A stretch of 64,000 nt of DNA from Octopus sinensis (Eukaryota). The translations under genes were made by a program, and so were the position numbers. Below the pieces are notes generated by a model. The model saw only the letters and a program-made list of their open reading frames with translations, ran no database searches and was not told the origin of the DNA. Of this stretch, positions 1 through 12,963 are shown piece by piece. Positions within the stretch are counted from its first letter, which is position 1, and each line of letters begins with the position of its first letter. The DNA lies in NCBI RefSeq assembly GCF_006345805.1, contig NC_043011.1:18984464-19048463 (forward strand). The letters are read 5' to 3'.

Positions 1-1029
1 AATAACTGGATACCCTGTAGCTTACTACGATATATGATCAGGTACTCTCTCTTTCTTCTGATATTATGAAATATACCTTTCCTATTTTCTATTATCGAAT
101 CTCTATAATATAAATGAAGGATAGTATACTAATAACAATATTCGTGTTTCCGTACACACTACTTATAATTTTAATAAGAACAATTCTATTTCAGGTACAT
201 ACTTCTTCCTCTCACAAGCATATTTGTATACCATCTATACTTTATCTCTATTTTTATTTAACCTCCTAGTTTATTATGTTCCTTTACCAGGGAAATAACA
301 TTCGGGCAAGTTACTATCATTCCATAATTATTAGACCTAACCATCGAAGTTCAATTCAAACTCACTCCTCCATAACCAGCATCACCGAGATTACCCTAAA
401 TTCCGAATGATATCTCACCTCACCTGTATTCAAATCTTAATTTTTAACAGGGGTATAGTGCCCTCGCATCTGTATTTAATTGCCTCTATACCCTTTGTCC
501 CTCAGACACTATCTCACCCTCGACATGCCCTCATACACTATCTCACTCACAACAACATACATAGCACATGCTGTCTTATCCAATAGACTTCACTTCTAGA
601 TATTCATCCCTTGAATCACAGGGTAATAATAGTAAAACACGTAACTAAATATATATAATTACCTACAGTTTATTTTCAGCCGTTGATAACGAGCCACTTA
701 TTTGTCTCCAACCTATATCCAGACCGGCAACTAGCAAGGGTGTTTATAAATCGCACCTCATCCCCACTCACTAACTAAATTCCTAATAAACTTCCACATA
801 TTTAATAGGTCTGCTTTCTTCCATTCAAAGCTGGCTTCGGCTGGCCAATTTCCATGTTGCCACTGAACGAATGGATTGTCTTTCAATTGCTTTGAAATTT
901 TATGGAACATCAGATCAATACGATTTTTGCACTACGATGAAACGAACTCACTCATCAAATAAAAAAAATGTCTAAGAAACAGATTTAATGAACTGACACT
1001 TATCTATCATCTGTTATTTTTCCTTGCTA

Positions 1030-1165
<136 letters not shown>

Positions 1166-1621
1166 TATACACAAATTACTATAATAATAATTTTGTATTT
1201 TTCTCTGTCACAACATTCAATTGAAAAAGGAAAGAGGAATAAGGAAGAAAGGGTTAATGGTTCAATGGTAATGGGATGATGGAAATTCTACGGTGAAAAA
1301 ATTAACGTTTAAAGTGTGTGCGAGTATATGGGTGTGTATGTAAAAAGGAGTTATGTGAATATTTGTGTGTGTGTGTGTGTGTGAGTGTGTGTGTGTGTGT
1401 ATGTGTTTGTGTGTGCATTGGAAGTGAGATGGTGAACAGTCAACGCTGGAGACGAAAATCAAATATAGTTTGATCTCTGTTTGTGTATATGTGCGTATGT
1501 GTGTGTGTGTACAAGGGAAGTTTGCGAATGCTTGCACATATGAACCCGCATTCTTTCAGTAATATACAGTATAATTAGCTGTCATTTTTTACGGAACGGG
1601 AGCAGCTAGTATGATAATATA

Positions 1622-1818
1622 TCATAATAATAGATGTACTCCGATTAGAGCGGTATTGCCTAAAGAATTGACTGAAAATGGTGAGCTAAGTCATGCTAGA
1701 ATCGAACCCACAACGCTAACACGGCTCGTTGGGCATCCGATTGAGTCATCCGTTCAGCGATAAATTTCAGTCAAAATTTATCTATTTTGTAGTACAAATG
1801 ATATTGTAAACAAGCCCG
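1622..1818 (-). mobile_element. Repeat with a tRNA-like (Pol III A/B box) segment; left arm of a diverged inverted pair
   Basis: The minus strand reads ...tgactcaatcgg (A-box-like)...gggttcgattctagc (B box). It aligns by eye, inverted, to 2008-2215. Confidence 0.55.
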
Positions 1819-2007
1819 GAGGCTTGAGAAGTTACGGAGAAAGAGTGACTCCGAAAGATTTTTATTGCAAAAAATTTCTATATAATAATCTATTTATCTA
1901 GGATGGGTAAAACACCCGAGATACAGTCAAATATCTAATAGATACTTCACAGTTAAGTGTCTATACATAACATTTAGTAGTACGTATAATATTGTAAACA
2001 AGCCTTT

Positions 2008-2215
2008 GGGCTTGTTTACAATATTATATGTACTACTAAATAGATAAGTATATATTCATAAAATTTAAGTGAAATATATATGTGAACATCTAGCTCAATC
2101 GGATGCGCAAGGAGCCATGTATTCGTTGGTATGTAGGGCCTCAGTTAGGTCATCATTTTTAATCAATTGTTTAGATAATGTCGCTTTAATTGGAGTATAT
2201 ATTATTATTACGATT
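2008..2215 (+). mobile_element. Right arm of the same diverged inverted repeat
   Basis: gggcttgtttacaatat...tagctcaatcggatgcgcaaggagccatgt...ggagtatatattattat matches the reverse complement of 1622-1818; A box tagctcaatcgg at 2091. Confidence 0.55.
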
Positions 2216-2322
2216 TGTAATTATACAATTATTAGTGACTAGACAAAATTATCATGGTCGCTCTTTCTCCAGAATTTATCAATCTTCTGAGTTTCCTTAC
2301 TCTTATTATATATGTAACCTTT

Positions 2323-2324
<2 letters not shown>

Positions 2325-2368
<44 letters not shown>

Positions 2369-2435
2369 ATATATATATATATTTGACCTAATATATATAT
2401 ATTAGACCTATATATATATATATAATATATATATA

Positions 2436-2511
<76 letters not shown>

Positions 2512-2620
2512 ATATATATATATGTATATATATGTGTATATATGTATGTATATATATATATATATTATATATATTATATATATATATATATATGCATTCA
2601 CACATACACACACACACATT
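2325..2620. repeat. Compound (CT)n/(CA)n/(TA)n microsatellite
   Basis: Directly visible. Confidence 0.95.
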
Positions 2621-4469
2621 AAAACTACTAATCTATTTATTTCAACGTTGTAAACTATTGAAACATCTGAAACTGTAAATTTCGAAAATTCGAGAGCAAA
2701 TAACTTTCTGGTCTTTTTCAAAATTTTTCTATTTTCGAAAGTTAGGATTTCCAAAGACCCTCTTACTGTTCATATAATATATTTATATTGATACTTCAGT
2801 TTGTTGTCACCTTTCTATTTAAATTTCATTTTATTTTTGTATATATCTTTCTCTTTTCGTTTTTCTTTCTTCAACGTTAAACTTTACAATTTTTCTTGCG
2901 TTAGTTCTCCACGGTTTTCTCTTCAGAGATCAAGTCTACCATCTTTCACCCTTAGCTCTTGTTTTCCCCATTGATCAACCGCTAAACCCCAAGTATCATC
3001 TCCTCCTTTGGAGTTTTTATTCGTTCCTTCCATATCAGCTCTACTTCTTTTAGCATAGCACCCTTTCTCACTATCCTACTACTGCTCCGCCCTCCTGTAT
3101 CTCTCCGTACTGCACATAAATGAATATGTATATATTTATATATATATATGCACTCACACAATAATGTTATGTAAATATCAAACTTGGTACATAAGTACTG
3201 ACCGAATGATATTCTTGCAGTGTATATCAAGACTTAGACCAGGGTTGAGTGAAGGAATCCGCTTTTGAGCTATTCAGATATGTGCATGATATTAAATATA
3301 CAGTCCATAATATTTACGAAGAGCAGATTCCGAAACAGGTAAATAAAATATGAGTAAAAGAAGAGTTGCACAGGCTACATCAGAAGTTATGTCCGTAGTA
3401 TTGGTGAGATTTATTGCAGAAAGTATACTAATCCCCATGTTTTATACATAATATCATTGAGTTAATGCTAGCTCTGAAGAAATAGGTACGTTTAGTACCG
3501 GTGTTGAGTATATTTTTATATTTAAAAGTCTTTTAAAACCTTCTTTTACCGTTCATGGTTGTTTGTTTTGATATTTATTCCTTTAGCGTAAAAACGATTC
3601 TGAGTTTAAGATATTTTTTTATAGTCCGCTTATTCACTAGAAAGTACATATTTGAGACATGTGTGGTTGATTTATTACCTATGTACATTAACCCGATAGA
3701 ATAATTTTGACTCCTTTTGCATTGGTATAATTATCATTTTATTGTTGGAATATAATGCTGTACATGTGATAGTTTGCATTGCTATTACTACTTCTGTGGC
3801 AAATCCTTAAGCATAAAATATTTCCGTTTCATGAGTATTTTGGTCCCGCAATATTCAATACATTCACACTTCCCAGAAGGAATGTATTCATGTTTTGTTA
3901 CCAGCATTATTACGTCTTCTGGTGGAACATTCGCCCTTCGTATGAATCATTTAACAATCGGTGGTTGTCTTCGACTGATTATCATTTGTGAATGCATGAC
4001 GTTATTGTACAGAAGCCATAAACCAAACATTCATCCATCATTTTTGTGTAAATGGAAAAATTCAAATTTTAGCCCTTGTTACCAAATGAAGGAAGAAAAC
4101 GATCAGCTACGAAAGAAAACAGAATAACTTATTAGAAAGCTACAGCTGACGCTAAACTGAAATAGTCAAAATCAACTGATTCAGAACATACTTCATACAA
4201 ATGTATTTCATCTGCTCAAACAGCAGGAAAAGTCTGACAGTACAGGAGCATTTCATTTCAAATTATTTGCGACATCCTAATTGATGATATTACATGTGAA
4301 TTACTAATATATCAATTTGAAGAATCATTATTGAAATATTGTGACTGCAACAAGAATATACTTTATACATATACATGCTTTAGTTTCACCGAATTGGTAT
4401 GTATTATATGCTGGCCACTAATAAAGTCCTTAAAGGTTTTATCCTTTATTATTATCATACTTTATATAT

Positions 4470-4640
4470 ATATATATAACTGAGAATGTGTGTCTGTCTG
4501 TCTGTGTATCTGTGTGTTTCCCTAAAACTTGAGAACTACACAACGAATTTCAGTCAAATTTTACACATGTCCGGGGAGTGTCATCGGCAAAAAAATTTGA
4601 CTTTTTCCTTAGGGCGACCCTAGAGCAATATCATATCTTC
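4470..4640 (+). mobile_element. Possible 5' end of a non-autonomous Helitron-like repeat
   Basis: tatatataactgagaatgtgtgtctgtctgtctg...aatttcagtcaaattttacac resembles 5' regions of non-autonomous Helitron/Helentron-type repeats. Recognised from recalled pattern only. Confidence 0.3.
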
Positions 4641-4700
4641 TCCACTATTTCAGTATTACGTGTTAAAAGTGAAACAAAAACATCTCTCTATTGTAATGCA

Positions 4701-5960
4701 GACATTCACAGCACAGTGGTTCGACATCAGACGCCTTCCAAATAAGAAATAGGGCAAAGCAAGGTTGTTTCCTTGCTCCTACATTATTTGGAATCTTCTT
4801 CTCGCTGCTGCTGTCACATGCCTTTGTGACATCAGATGATGGAGTGTTTCTGCACAGTAGAAGTGATGGGAAACTGTTCAATCTCTCACGTCTGCATGCC
4901 AAGACAAAAATCAGAAGCGTCCTGATAAAGGAGATGCTATTTGCTAATGATGCCGCTCTGGTATCACACACAGAAGAAACCCTGCAGAGGCACATCAACT
5001 GTTTTGAGCAAGCATGTGGAAACTTTGGCTTATTTATCAGCCTCAAAAAGACCATCATCATGGGTCAGGCTACATCGACCATCCCAAACATACATATTGG
5101 AGACCACAGACTACAGAAGGTGGAGAAGTTTACCTATCTTGGCTCTACCGTCACCTACAACCTATCCCTTCATACAGAGCTCAATATACGCATTGGCAAG
5201 GCAGCTGCTGTGATGGCCCAACTCTCCAAACGGGCATGGGACAACAATAGGCTGATCAAGACCACAAAAACGAAGATTTACCAGGCATATGTACTTAGCA
5301 CTCTACTGTATGGCAGTGAGACGTGGACGCCATACACACGCCATACGACGCCATACGTCGCCTAAATATCTTTCACCTGCGCTGGCTCCGGAAAATCCTT
5401 CGCATCAAACGGCAGTATCATGTCCCCAACAAAGATGTCCTCAAGCAAGCAGGAATACCAAGCAAGTTTACACTCCTCACACAAAGACGTATGAGATAGC
5501 TTGGACATGTTAGCCGTATAGATGATGGCAGAATACCCAAGGACATACTCAATGGAGAGCTTGCTAGGGGCACTAGGTCTGTGGGAAGACCGTTCTTACG
5601 ATACAAGGATGTTTGCAAAAGGGACATAAATGCCTGCAACATCAGTATTGGCAACTGGGAAGCAATTGCCAGCAACTGTGGTGATTGGCGACGTAACGTA
5701 AAAGAGGGGACACAAAGGAGTGACATAGAGGGAGAGGAGAAATGGAAAGACAAGAAAATACGTCAACAAGAAACTATGACGTTACAACCAGCCAAGCAAA
5801 GTTTTCGCTACATTTGCGGCACCTGCCAGAGGGAGTGTTTGTCCAGGATAGGACTACACAGCCACAGCAGATGTATTAGGACATGAAATGTAAAAGCCGG
5901 ACTAGATTATTTTATGCGCAACTCCATTGTCTCCCGAGACAAAATGGATGCCAACAACAA
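4701..5960 (+). mobile_element. 5'-truncated RTE-clade (BovB-like) LINE: RT C-terminal half, C2H2 finger and 3' tail
   Basis: Translation gives KQGCFLAPTLFGI...LFANDAAL (FADD mutated)...FTYLGS...LSTLLYGSETWT, then LGHVSR..DGRIPKDILNGEL..G.R..GRP.LRYKDVCKRD and CGTCQRECLSRIGLHSHSRC. Typical RTE tail ccattgtctcccgagac...atgccaacaacaa. A short local duplication near 5335-5350 (acgccatacg x2) causes a frameshift. Confidence 0.93.
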
Positions 5961-5964
5961 TATA

Positions 5965-6170
5965 TATGGATTTGGTAGACAGGAACTGAAACAAATCAAT
6001 CGTATATATATGTATATATGTAAGTGTATGTGTGTTTCGCCCTCATCACTGTTTCACAACTGCTGTTCATTTATTTACATCCACATAACTTACTGGTTTC
6101 ACAAGAACAAATAGAATAAGTACTATGCTTATCAACATAAAAAAGCACTAGGCTGTGTCTCATATTTTTG
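5965..6170 (+). mobile_element. Old fragment of SINE family A (3' half)
   Basis: ggatttggtagac.g.aactgaaa...gatagaataagtact matches the intact copy at 38161-38598. Confidence 0.65.
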
Positions 6171-6246
6171 TTTGCCCACTCAGTTGTATCTATCAATTTA
6201 TCTTTGTGTGTTTGTCTATATATCTATATCTATATCTATCTATCTA

Positions 6247-6322
<76 letters not shown>

Positions 6323-7320
6323 CACCCTAATGGGAGCCTTAACTCCCAAATTTTAGTCATTTCTTTTATGATCCAAAACTAGGTCAAAAGTACTGAATTT
6401 AAGAAATTTGGAAATTATATTCTAAGCATAAGGGCCATAACCCCCATGACAATTCATATATTTTTGCTGTTGATGAAATTTTAACCATAGATATTAGACA
6501 CAAATGAAGTAATATTTATAAAATTTCATGTTCTTACAAAGTTAGAAAGACCCCTCCATGGGGTCTTAACACCCACAATTTTGCCATTTTATTTAAGCAA
6601 AAACGAATACAGTTGTGCTCTAGGAAGCTCTAGGGTTACCCGAGCATAAAAGTTGGGCATTATTTCTAATTCAATGGTACAACAGTGTAACAGTTTGCTT
6701 TGATATACATTTACGTTGTGATTTCCGCAATGTGCTGTATAAATTGTTAAGTAAAGGAGAGGCATCTTTGCCTCCAATGATTCAGTTGTAATGTTTTGAG
6801 TAATGTTATTTGATTGCAGACCTCCTTTCAGTCTTTTTATTATCACTCGGTCACACATAGTCCCCAGATGGTAATATTGATTACAAGGCCTTCCGAGATG
6901 GGTGACTGGTTATTCAAAAACATTTATAGATTTTAAATTCATTCTGTCGACTTACGTATCAGTATAGTGGTCATTTGCAAACTCCAGAGATGACACTTTA
7001 ATTTCTCCTAAGCCCTCACGTCACACAGTTGTTAATGTTGATTTCAATTGGGTCACGCCCTTCCAATTGCTATAGATTCGTAATGCATCTTACGGCTGTT
7101 CCTGTCACCTGGATTGTGAGGAATCCTACATTGGGAGTGGTAACGACTAGGGTAGGGTAACTGACTGCTTATTGGTTTCCGTGTGGCACGATTACAATTT
7201 GTTAGGGTGTGTAAAGAGGGAAATACCCCTCATCTGCAATTTTGAGGAAATTCGAAACATAGATATTCCAGTTCATTCAGAAAATATAAAAGAAAAGTCT
7301 AATTCTCCAATGGAATGTAA

Positions 7321-7348
7321 CCGGGCAACGCCGGGTATCTATGCTTGT
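7321..7348 (+). mobile_element. Helitron-like 3' terminus (GC-rich subterminal motif plus CTTGT, a variant of CTAGT)
   Basis: ccgggcaacgccggg followed 8 nt later by cttgt, then (TA)n. Resembles a Helitron 3' end, but the terminal CTRR is imperfect. Confidence 0.35.
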
Positions 7349-7392
<44 letters not shown>

Positions 7393-7691
7393 TATATTAT
7401 ATATAATATATATATTATATATATATCAGAAATATTAAATTTCTAAATATCTCATAGAGATATGTACGGTGGTGGAGCGATAGGGTGGTTGTATACTGTC
7501 AACTTAACGTGGCAGTAAGGGAATTACACCACCGCTGTTTAGCCCTAGGAAGCATCGACGCTTCCTGTCGGCCTTGCACATTTCCTGTGTCCTTATATAT
7601 TTACGAAGGGGAGACAAATACCACCAACAGCTTGGCTTGCATCTAGAGACACGCATGTTTCAGGTTCTTTGCCCATCATCGGTCTATATAT

Positions 7692-7725
<34 letters not shown>

Positions 7726-7726
7726 G

Positions 7727-8159
7727 ATATATTGTTATATTTCGGAATGGTCATATTGCCAGTTTAGCCAATAAAAACACACGCACTATATATTTGGTGT
7801 TATTTTGCTTCAGTGATATTTATTTTTTACATTAATCTTAATCTTATTTCGGCCAAAGTTCTTTCGTCACACTCCTGTGACCGCATCAGTGGTCCTTTGT
7901 TTTCTTCTCACTTACTTGTGTCTCTCCTTACTAACCGTCAGCCATTTTGTATTAGTAAGGAGAGACACAAGTAAGTGAGAAGAAAACAAAGGACCACTGA
8001 TGCGGTCACAGGAGTGTGACGAAAGAACTTTGGCCGAAATAAGATTAAGATTAATGTAAAAAATAAATATCACTGAAGCAAAATAACACCAAATATATAG
8101 TGCGTGTGTTTTTATTGGCTAAACTGGCAATATGACCATTCCGAAATATAACAATATAT
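7727..8159. repeat. Fold-back inverted repeat, 208-bp arms, 17-nt loop
   Basis: 7727-7934 is the reverse complement of 7952-8159 with no mismatch seen by eye; loop ccgtcagccattttgta; (TA)n lies immediately left and ~60 bp right. Confidence 0.95.
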
Positions 8160-8217
8160 GTTTCAACACACGACTTCACATAAAAAATCTTGCACAACAA
8201 ATATTTAAACGTACTAT

Positions 8218-8219
8218 AT

Positions 8220-8264
<45 letters not shown>

Positions 8265-8337
8265 GTGTGTGTGTGTGTGTGCCAGATTGGCAAAAAAATA
8301 CTACGTAGGTAGATATATGTATTATATATATATATAT

Positions 8338-8368
<31 letters not shown>

Positions 8369-8394
8369 TATATATATATATATATTGATACATA

Positions 8395-8456
<62 letters not shown>

Positions 8457-8459
8457 GAG

Positions 8460-8491
<32 letters not shown>

Positions 8492-8492
8492 G

Positions 8493-8578
<86 letters not shown>
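8218..8578. repeat. Compound (TA)n/(GT)n/(GA)n/(TAGA)n microsatellite
   Basis: Directly visible. Confidence 0.95.
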
Positions 8579-9024
8579 GATTCGGAAAGAAATATTCAGA
8601 AATTATTCCGAATTTCATTCTATTGTAGATGAATTTTATGTTTATAATACAAACACACGTCTGACGTCTATATATTTTCAGCAGTAACTTAGAAATCTCT
8701 GTAATTCATGAATGCATGACAAGTAATGTTTTGTTAAATCGTTTTATGGGAGATCAAATTGTGATACTGCACTGAACAATTGTTTTAGACAATCGTAGTT
8801 TAGTGATTTGCTAATAACAGAGCTTTTAAGATGCAATGGGTGTATTTTACAGTGTGAATACGTTCGCCCAGTAAGCACATCTACATTTGTCTACATAATA
8901 CTGTATCTCACGTCTCACATTTTATACATTTATACTTGGATTCATATATGTATATAATATGTGTTCGTGCGTTTACATGTAGAAAAATATACATGTAATA
9001 AGCTAGCTTCCAAAACTCATGGTT

Positions 9025-9270
9025 ACAGAACAGAAGAAGCTTGTCGTATATATGTGTATACATGTGTAAGTTTGTGTGCACTTAACAAACGGTGTTGGTG
9101 TGTTTACATCCCCGTAACTTAACCTTTCAGCAAAAGAGTACCATAGAATACGTACCAGACTTAATAGAAAATATGTACTAGGTTCGATACAGTCGACTAA
9201 AAATGTTTCCAAAGCGGTGCCCCAGTATGGCCGCAGCCTAAATATCCAAACAAAGAATATAAAATATATT
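9025..9270 (+). mobile_element. SINE family A, degenerate 3' half
   Basis: ggtgtgtttacatccccgtaactta...gcggtgccccagtatggccgcag matches 38430-38580. Confidence 0.75.
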
Positions 9271-10589
9271 TTGTGTGGGTGTATGTTTGTGTGTATGTGT
9301 GTGTGTGTGTCTTCGAACGCCCATGTATGTGTTTATATGTATGTATGCTGATCAATTACTGTTTGTAGTTTTTATTCACACTTGGAAATTTCGTAAATGA
9401 TCCAAATTTCAGAATATCAATAATGGTAGCAAGAAGTATTCAAAGAGATGGGTTTGCCATGCATGTCGTGCTTCTAGTATTGCTAACTTTCAAACTATGT
9501 ATCTTACGATAAAATAATTTCTGTTAAATTCAAGGTACACTTAGTTTCAGCGTTTTGAAAATATTTACCGTTTCTGATGAAAATATAATGTTTCAATAAA
9601 TATTCCACTGCAATCAATAACATATTTTTCCTCACTAGATTTATTTGATGGAGTATAATTTGATAAAAATAATGAATAATAATGTACGTCAGATATGGAG
9701 TGCTGTTTCTAACCAAAAGAAGCAGAGAAATAATAAATATTTATAGTGTAACATAAACAAATGGAATGCCATACGTACGTTACATTATACACACCAGACC
9801 ATTAAAATGAACCTTCTGCTTAGCATTTATCTCCAATATATGCTGACTATAGTAACTAACATATTTTCTTATTAGGAAATAAACCTTTTATACTGTTCTT
9901 ATTGAATCTCACACCGTCGGTTATTTTCTTCGTTCTCACTCCAATATGAGGCACCAAGCTTATCTCTTTCAAATTAGAAATGTGCTAGTGAAGGATAGTA
10001 GAAAATTGTAATTTCACTTATTGAATTTTTCTCTATGTATTTGGCTAGCTATCTATGTATTTGTCTATCTCTCTAGCTTTCTATCTATTTATCTATTGTT
10101 GTGAAACGCACACACACACACACACATATATATATATAATTTCAATCAAAGCAATGCTAAATATATTCGAAATTAAACCAGCTGCTTTGCAATTTGGCAC
10201 ACATGAAAGTTAATGTGACAAGGGATATGATAATTCTATCGTGGTTTTGAATTTTTTTGGTGGAAATGTTTAATTGATCTTGTAAAACATTTGGAGCTTA
10301 ACTTAATTGAATTACTGTAAAACATTTAATATCCATGATGGCTCGAAGATCTAAAGATATCTAATTTAAAAATTATGAATCAATAACTCTGCAGTATACC
10401 GTGAGATATCCTTTTGTTTTTTGTTTTTTTTTCTACGTTTCAGGGAATTAAAATCAATTATGCGTTATATTTTATATACAATGTGTCTACTATGCGAAAC
10501 TCGAATATGATAACAGAAATACTCATGAAAGTAAAGTGACTTGAACTCGTAATTATGTTCTATTTTCAATAATATTAGCGACTAAATTA

Positions 10590-10798
10590 AGCGGGCAGGA
10601 TCGTTAATATACTGGGAAGAAAATAAGTTGCATTTCACCCGTCTTCACGTGCTGCGTTCAAATTCTGTCGGGTTCGACTTTGCCTTTCATATTTTGAAGT
10701 CAATAAAATATGTACCATTTGAACACTGGGGTCGATGTAATTAACTCACCCATATTCCCGAAGTTGCTGGTCGTGTGCCAATATTTCAAACCAATATT
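10590..10798 (+). mobile_element. tRNA-derived SINE family B
   Basis: gttcaaattc...gactttgcctttcat...gaacactggggtcgatgtaat...tgtgccaa.atttcaaacc; homologous to 36566, 44757, 57955 and 58175. Confidence 0.8.
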
Positions 10799-12963
10799 AG
10801 AGCCTAAAGTTTACGAAATAGCTGCATTCGGTTGAAAATTAAGCTTTCATTAATAATTCTGAAAAGAAAACAATTTGGCTTCAAGTACCTATAAAATAAT
10901 ACGTAGTAAATCAGTTCCACCCGCTCTATCTTTCTGAAACATATTTCGTAAGTATACTTCATTAACGATCTCTTGTTTTTATTTCCTTGTTTGTCTAAAT
11001 ATAACTTAGTAAATTGTACAATTATATAAACAATGTACGAGACATTGTACTCAGTAAAATTGGACACATCTTCTTTAGAATTTTTTAAGGAAAACAATCG
11101 GTTTTTAAACACCGACAATTTTTCGTAATCATGCTTTCTCTGGTAATCCCAGTTAAATGTTATATGCTACATTATTCCATATGAAAATTATGATTCTCCT
11201 ACAGACAGAGAGCGATTCCCTTGCCGTTAAAATGATGCTAAATTTTTCCAATACTGGAATTGCAAGATTTGCTGAATAATATCGTAAAGAAGTTTAGTAT
11301 GATTTATGCATATTCGAAAACAGAATATGCTTTTAATTTCATTCACATATTTCTGATACAAAATTATTAATACTTTATTGAAGTCTGCATAACCCCAGTA
11401 AATTTCATTATTTTGAGGAAAAAATTATTTAAGCCCATGGGCTAATTTTTGGAAAAAACAATATTTTTGAAATTGAAATGAAAATAAAATTAATTTTTTA
11501 AAAATATAGTAGAATTCACCTAATTTGTCATCCATAGGAGAAAATTGAAAATGACGCATTAAGTAAAGTAACGAATGAGCCAAAGACGAATTAGATTAAG
11601 TCAACTGTATTAATGTTAACTAATAAATTTTACTTATGATTTGTCAGATTATTATTTTATTGTTTTGAATGTGGAAGAATTGACTGAGCATATGGTTGAT
11701 TTTATAACCATCTAATGACCATTCTATTTCAATCAATATATTTCTTTTTTGTAATAGGATTTCAGTTCAAGTGAAAAAAAATGTGCCATGTTATTTACAA
11801 CTTCATATTTTATTGTCTGTACTTGATACAGGTAAATGAAACGACGATCAGAATTGTATATTTCAAAAGACATAGATTTTTAATTGTTTCAATTCATTTT
11901 TGGTTATTTTTGTACCATGTTTTTTTAGATTCTCGTAATAAATAAAATATATCATCTCAAATTTACTTAATATAATGTATTTTAATTTCAAAAATGTTAT
12001 GCTCGGCTGCACATATTTTAAGTACAGTAGAATTTTAATTTTAAGTATTATATAATTTCCTTTATAGGTGACGAATTAGGCAAATTCAACTGTGGAAATT
12101 TTGTTCTAGACATTTCCAGGTGTAATAGCATGAGAATATTAAAGCGCCTGCGTCATTATATTTCGTTGTAATCCACTTTTTTCTAGGCAATGCTATAGCA
12201 ATAATACATATTCATTTGTTCAAAAATATTAGAATTATTTTTGGGTCTTTACCTTTTGTGTTGTTGAGAAAAGTTTGTATTTTCAAAGTTATTCCGTCTT
12301 AAAGTTGTTGTATTTCGGTAATTGCAACCAATCAATGACGTGTATTCAGCTCAATAAAATCACTATTGTTGTTTGTGAACAACTATCGGCGGTGTATATT
12401 TCGTTTGTTAGTATTATTTATGACAGAATAAAAATAAAGACTGCGATTCAGCTACTGTTCTTGTCAATTCGCCTGAAAATAAAGAAACAATTCTTAATCC
12501 AGCTACCCTGAAAATCCACTCATACTCCGAAAGCAAAACCTTGCCGATTTACCCTAAGAAATAATAATGTAATGCCTGCTATTATCTATCGATGCCGAAT
12601 TAAATTTTTAAAAGCAAAAAAACAAAAAAAAACTTATTAAAACTTCAGGCGTTCTTACAAATTTGGTCGTCGTAATGCTTTGGTTTTTGTTTGTTTCATA
12701 AACATTCCCCCTCGTGCAATAATGTTTGCTTTCATTTTGTGATAGACAACAAACATGCAGAAAATAACTGCTTCGAAATCCTATTTTCTGATTAGGGGTA
12801 AAAGGATTAAACTTTAAACCTCATCAAGGTTTTCTGCAATAATTATGCATATATGTGTGTTTGTTTAAATGTATGTATACATGTATATATATATATATAT
12901 TATATATATATATATATATATAGATATATATATTATATATATATATAATATATATATATATAA

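Noticed and set aside
1-800. Pyrimidine-rich segment as a Penelope-like 3' UTR
   Set aside because: Composition is suggestive, but there is no ORF, ribozyme motif or in-window homolog, and it is cut by the window edge.
3774-4127. 117-aa ORF and overlapping 70-aa ORF as a host gene
   Set aside because: No recognisable motif, no ATG start and no convincing splice context.
7993-8045. Hammerhead in the 208-bp fold-back (ctgatgc...ggtca/tggcc-gaaa)
   Set aside because: Core A9 is C, and no stem I or III partner follows GAAA.
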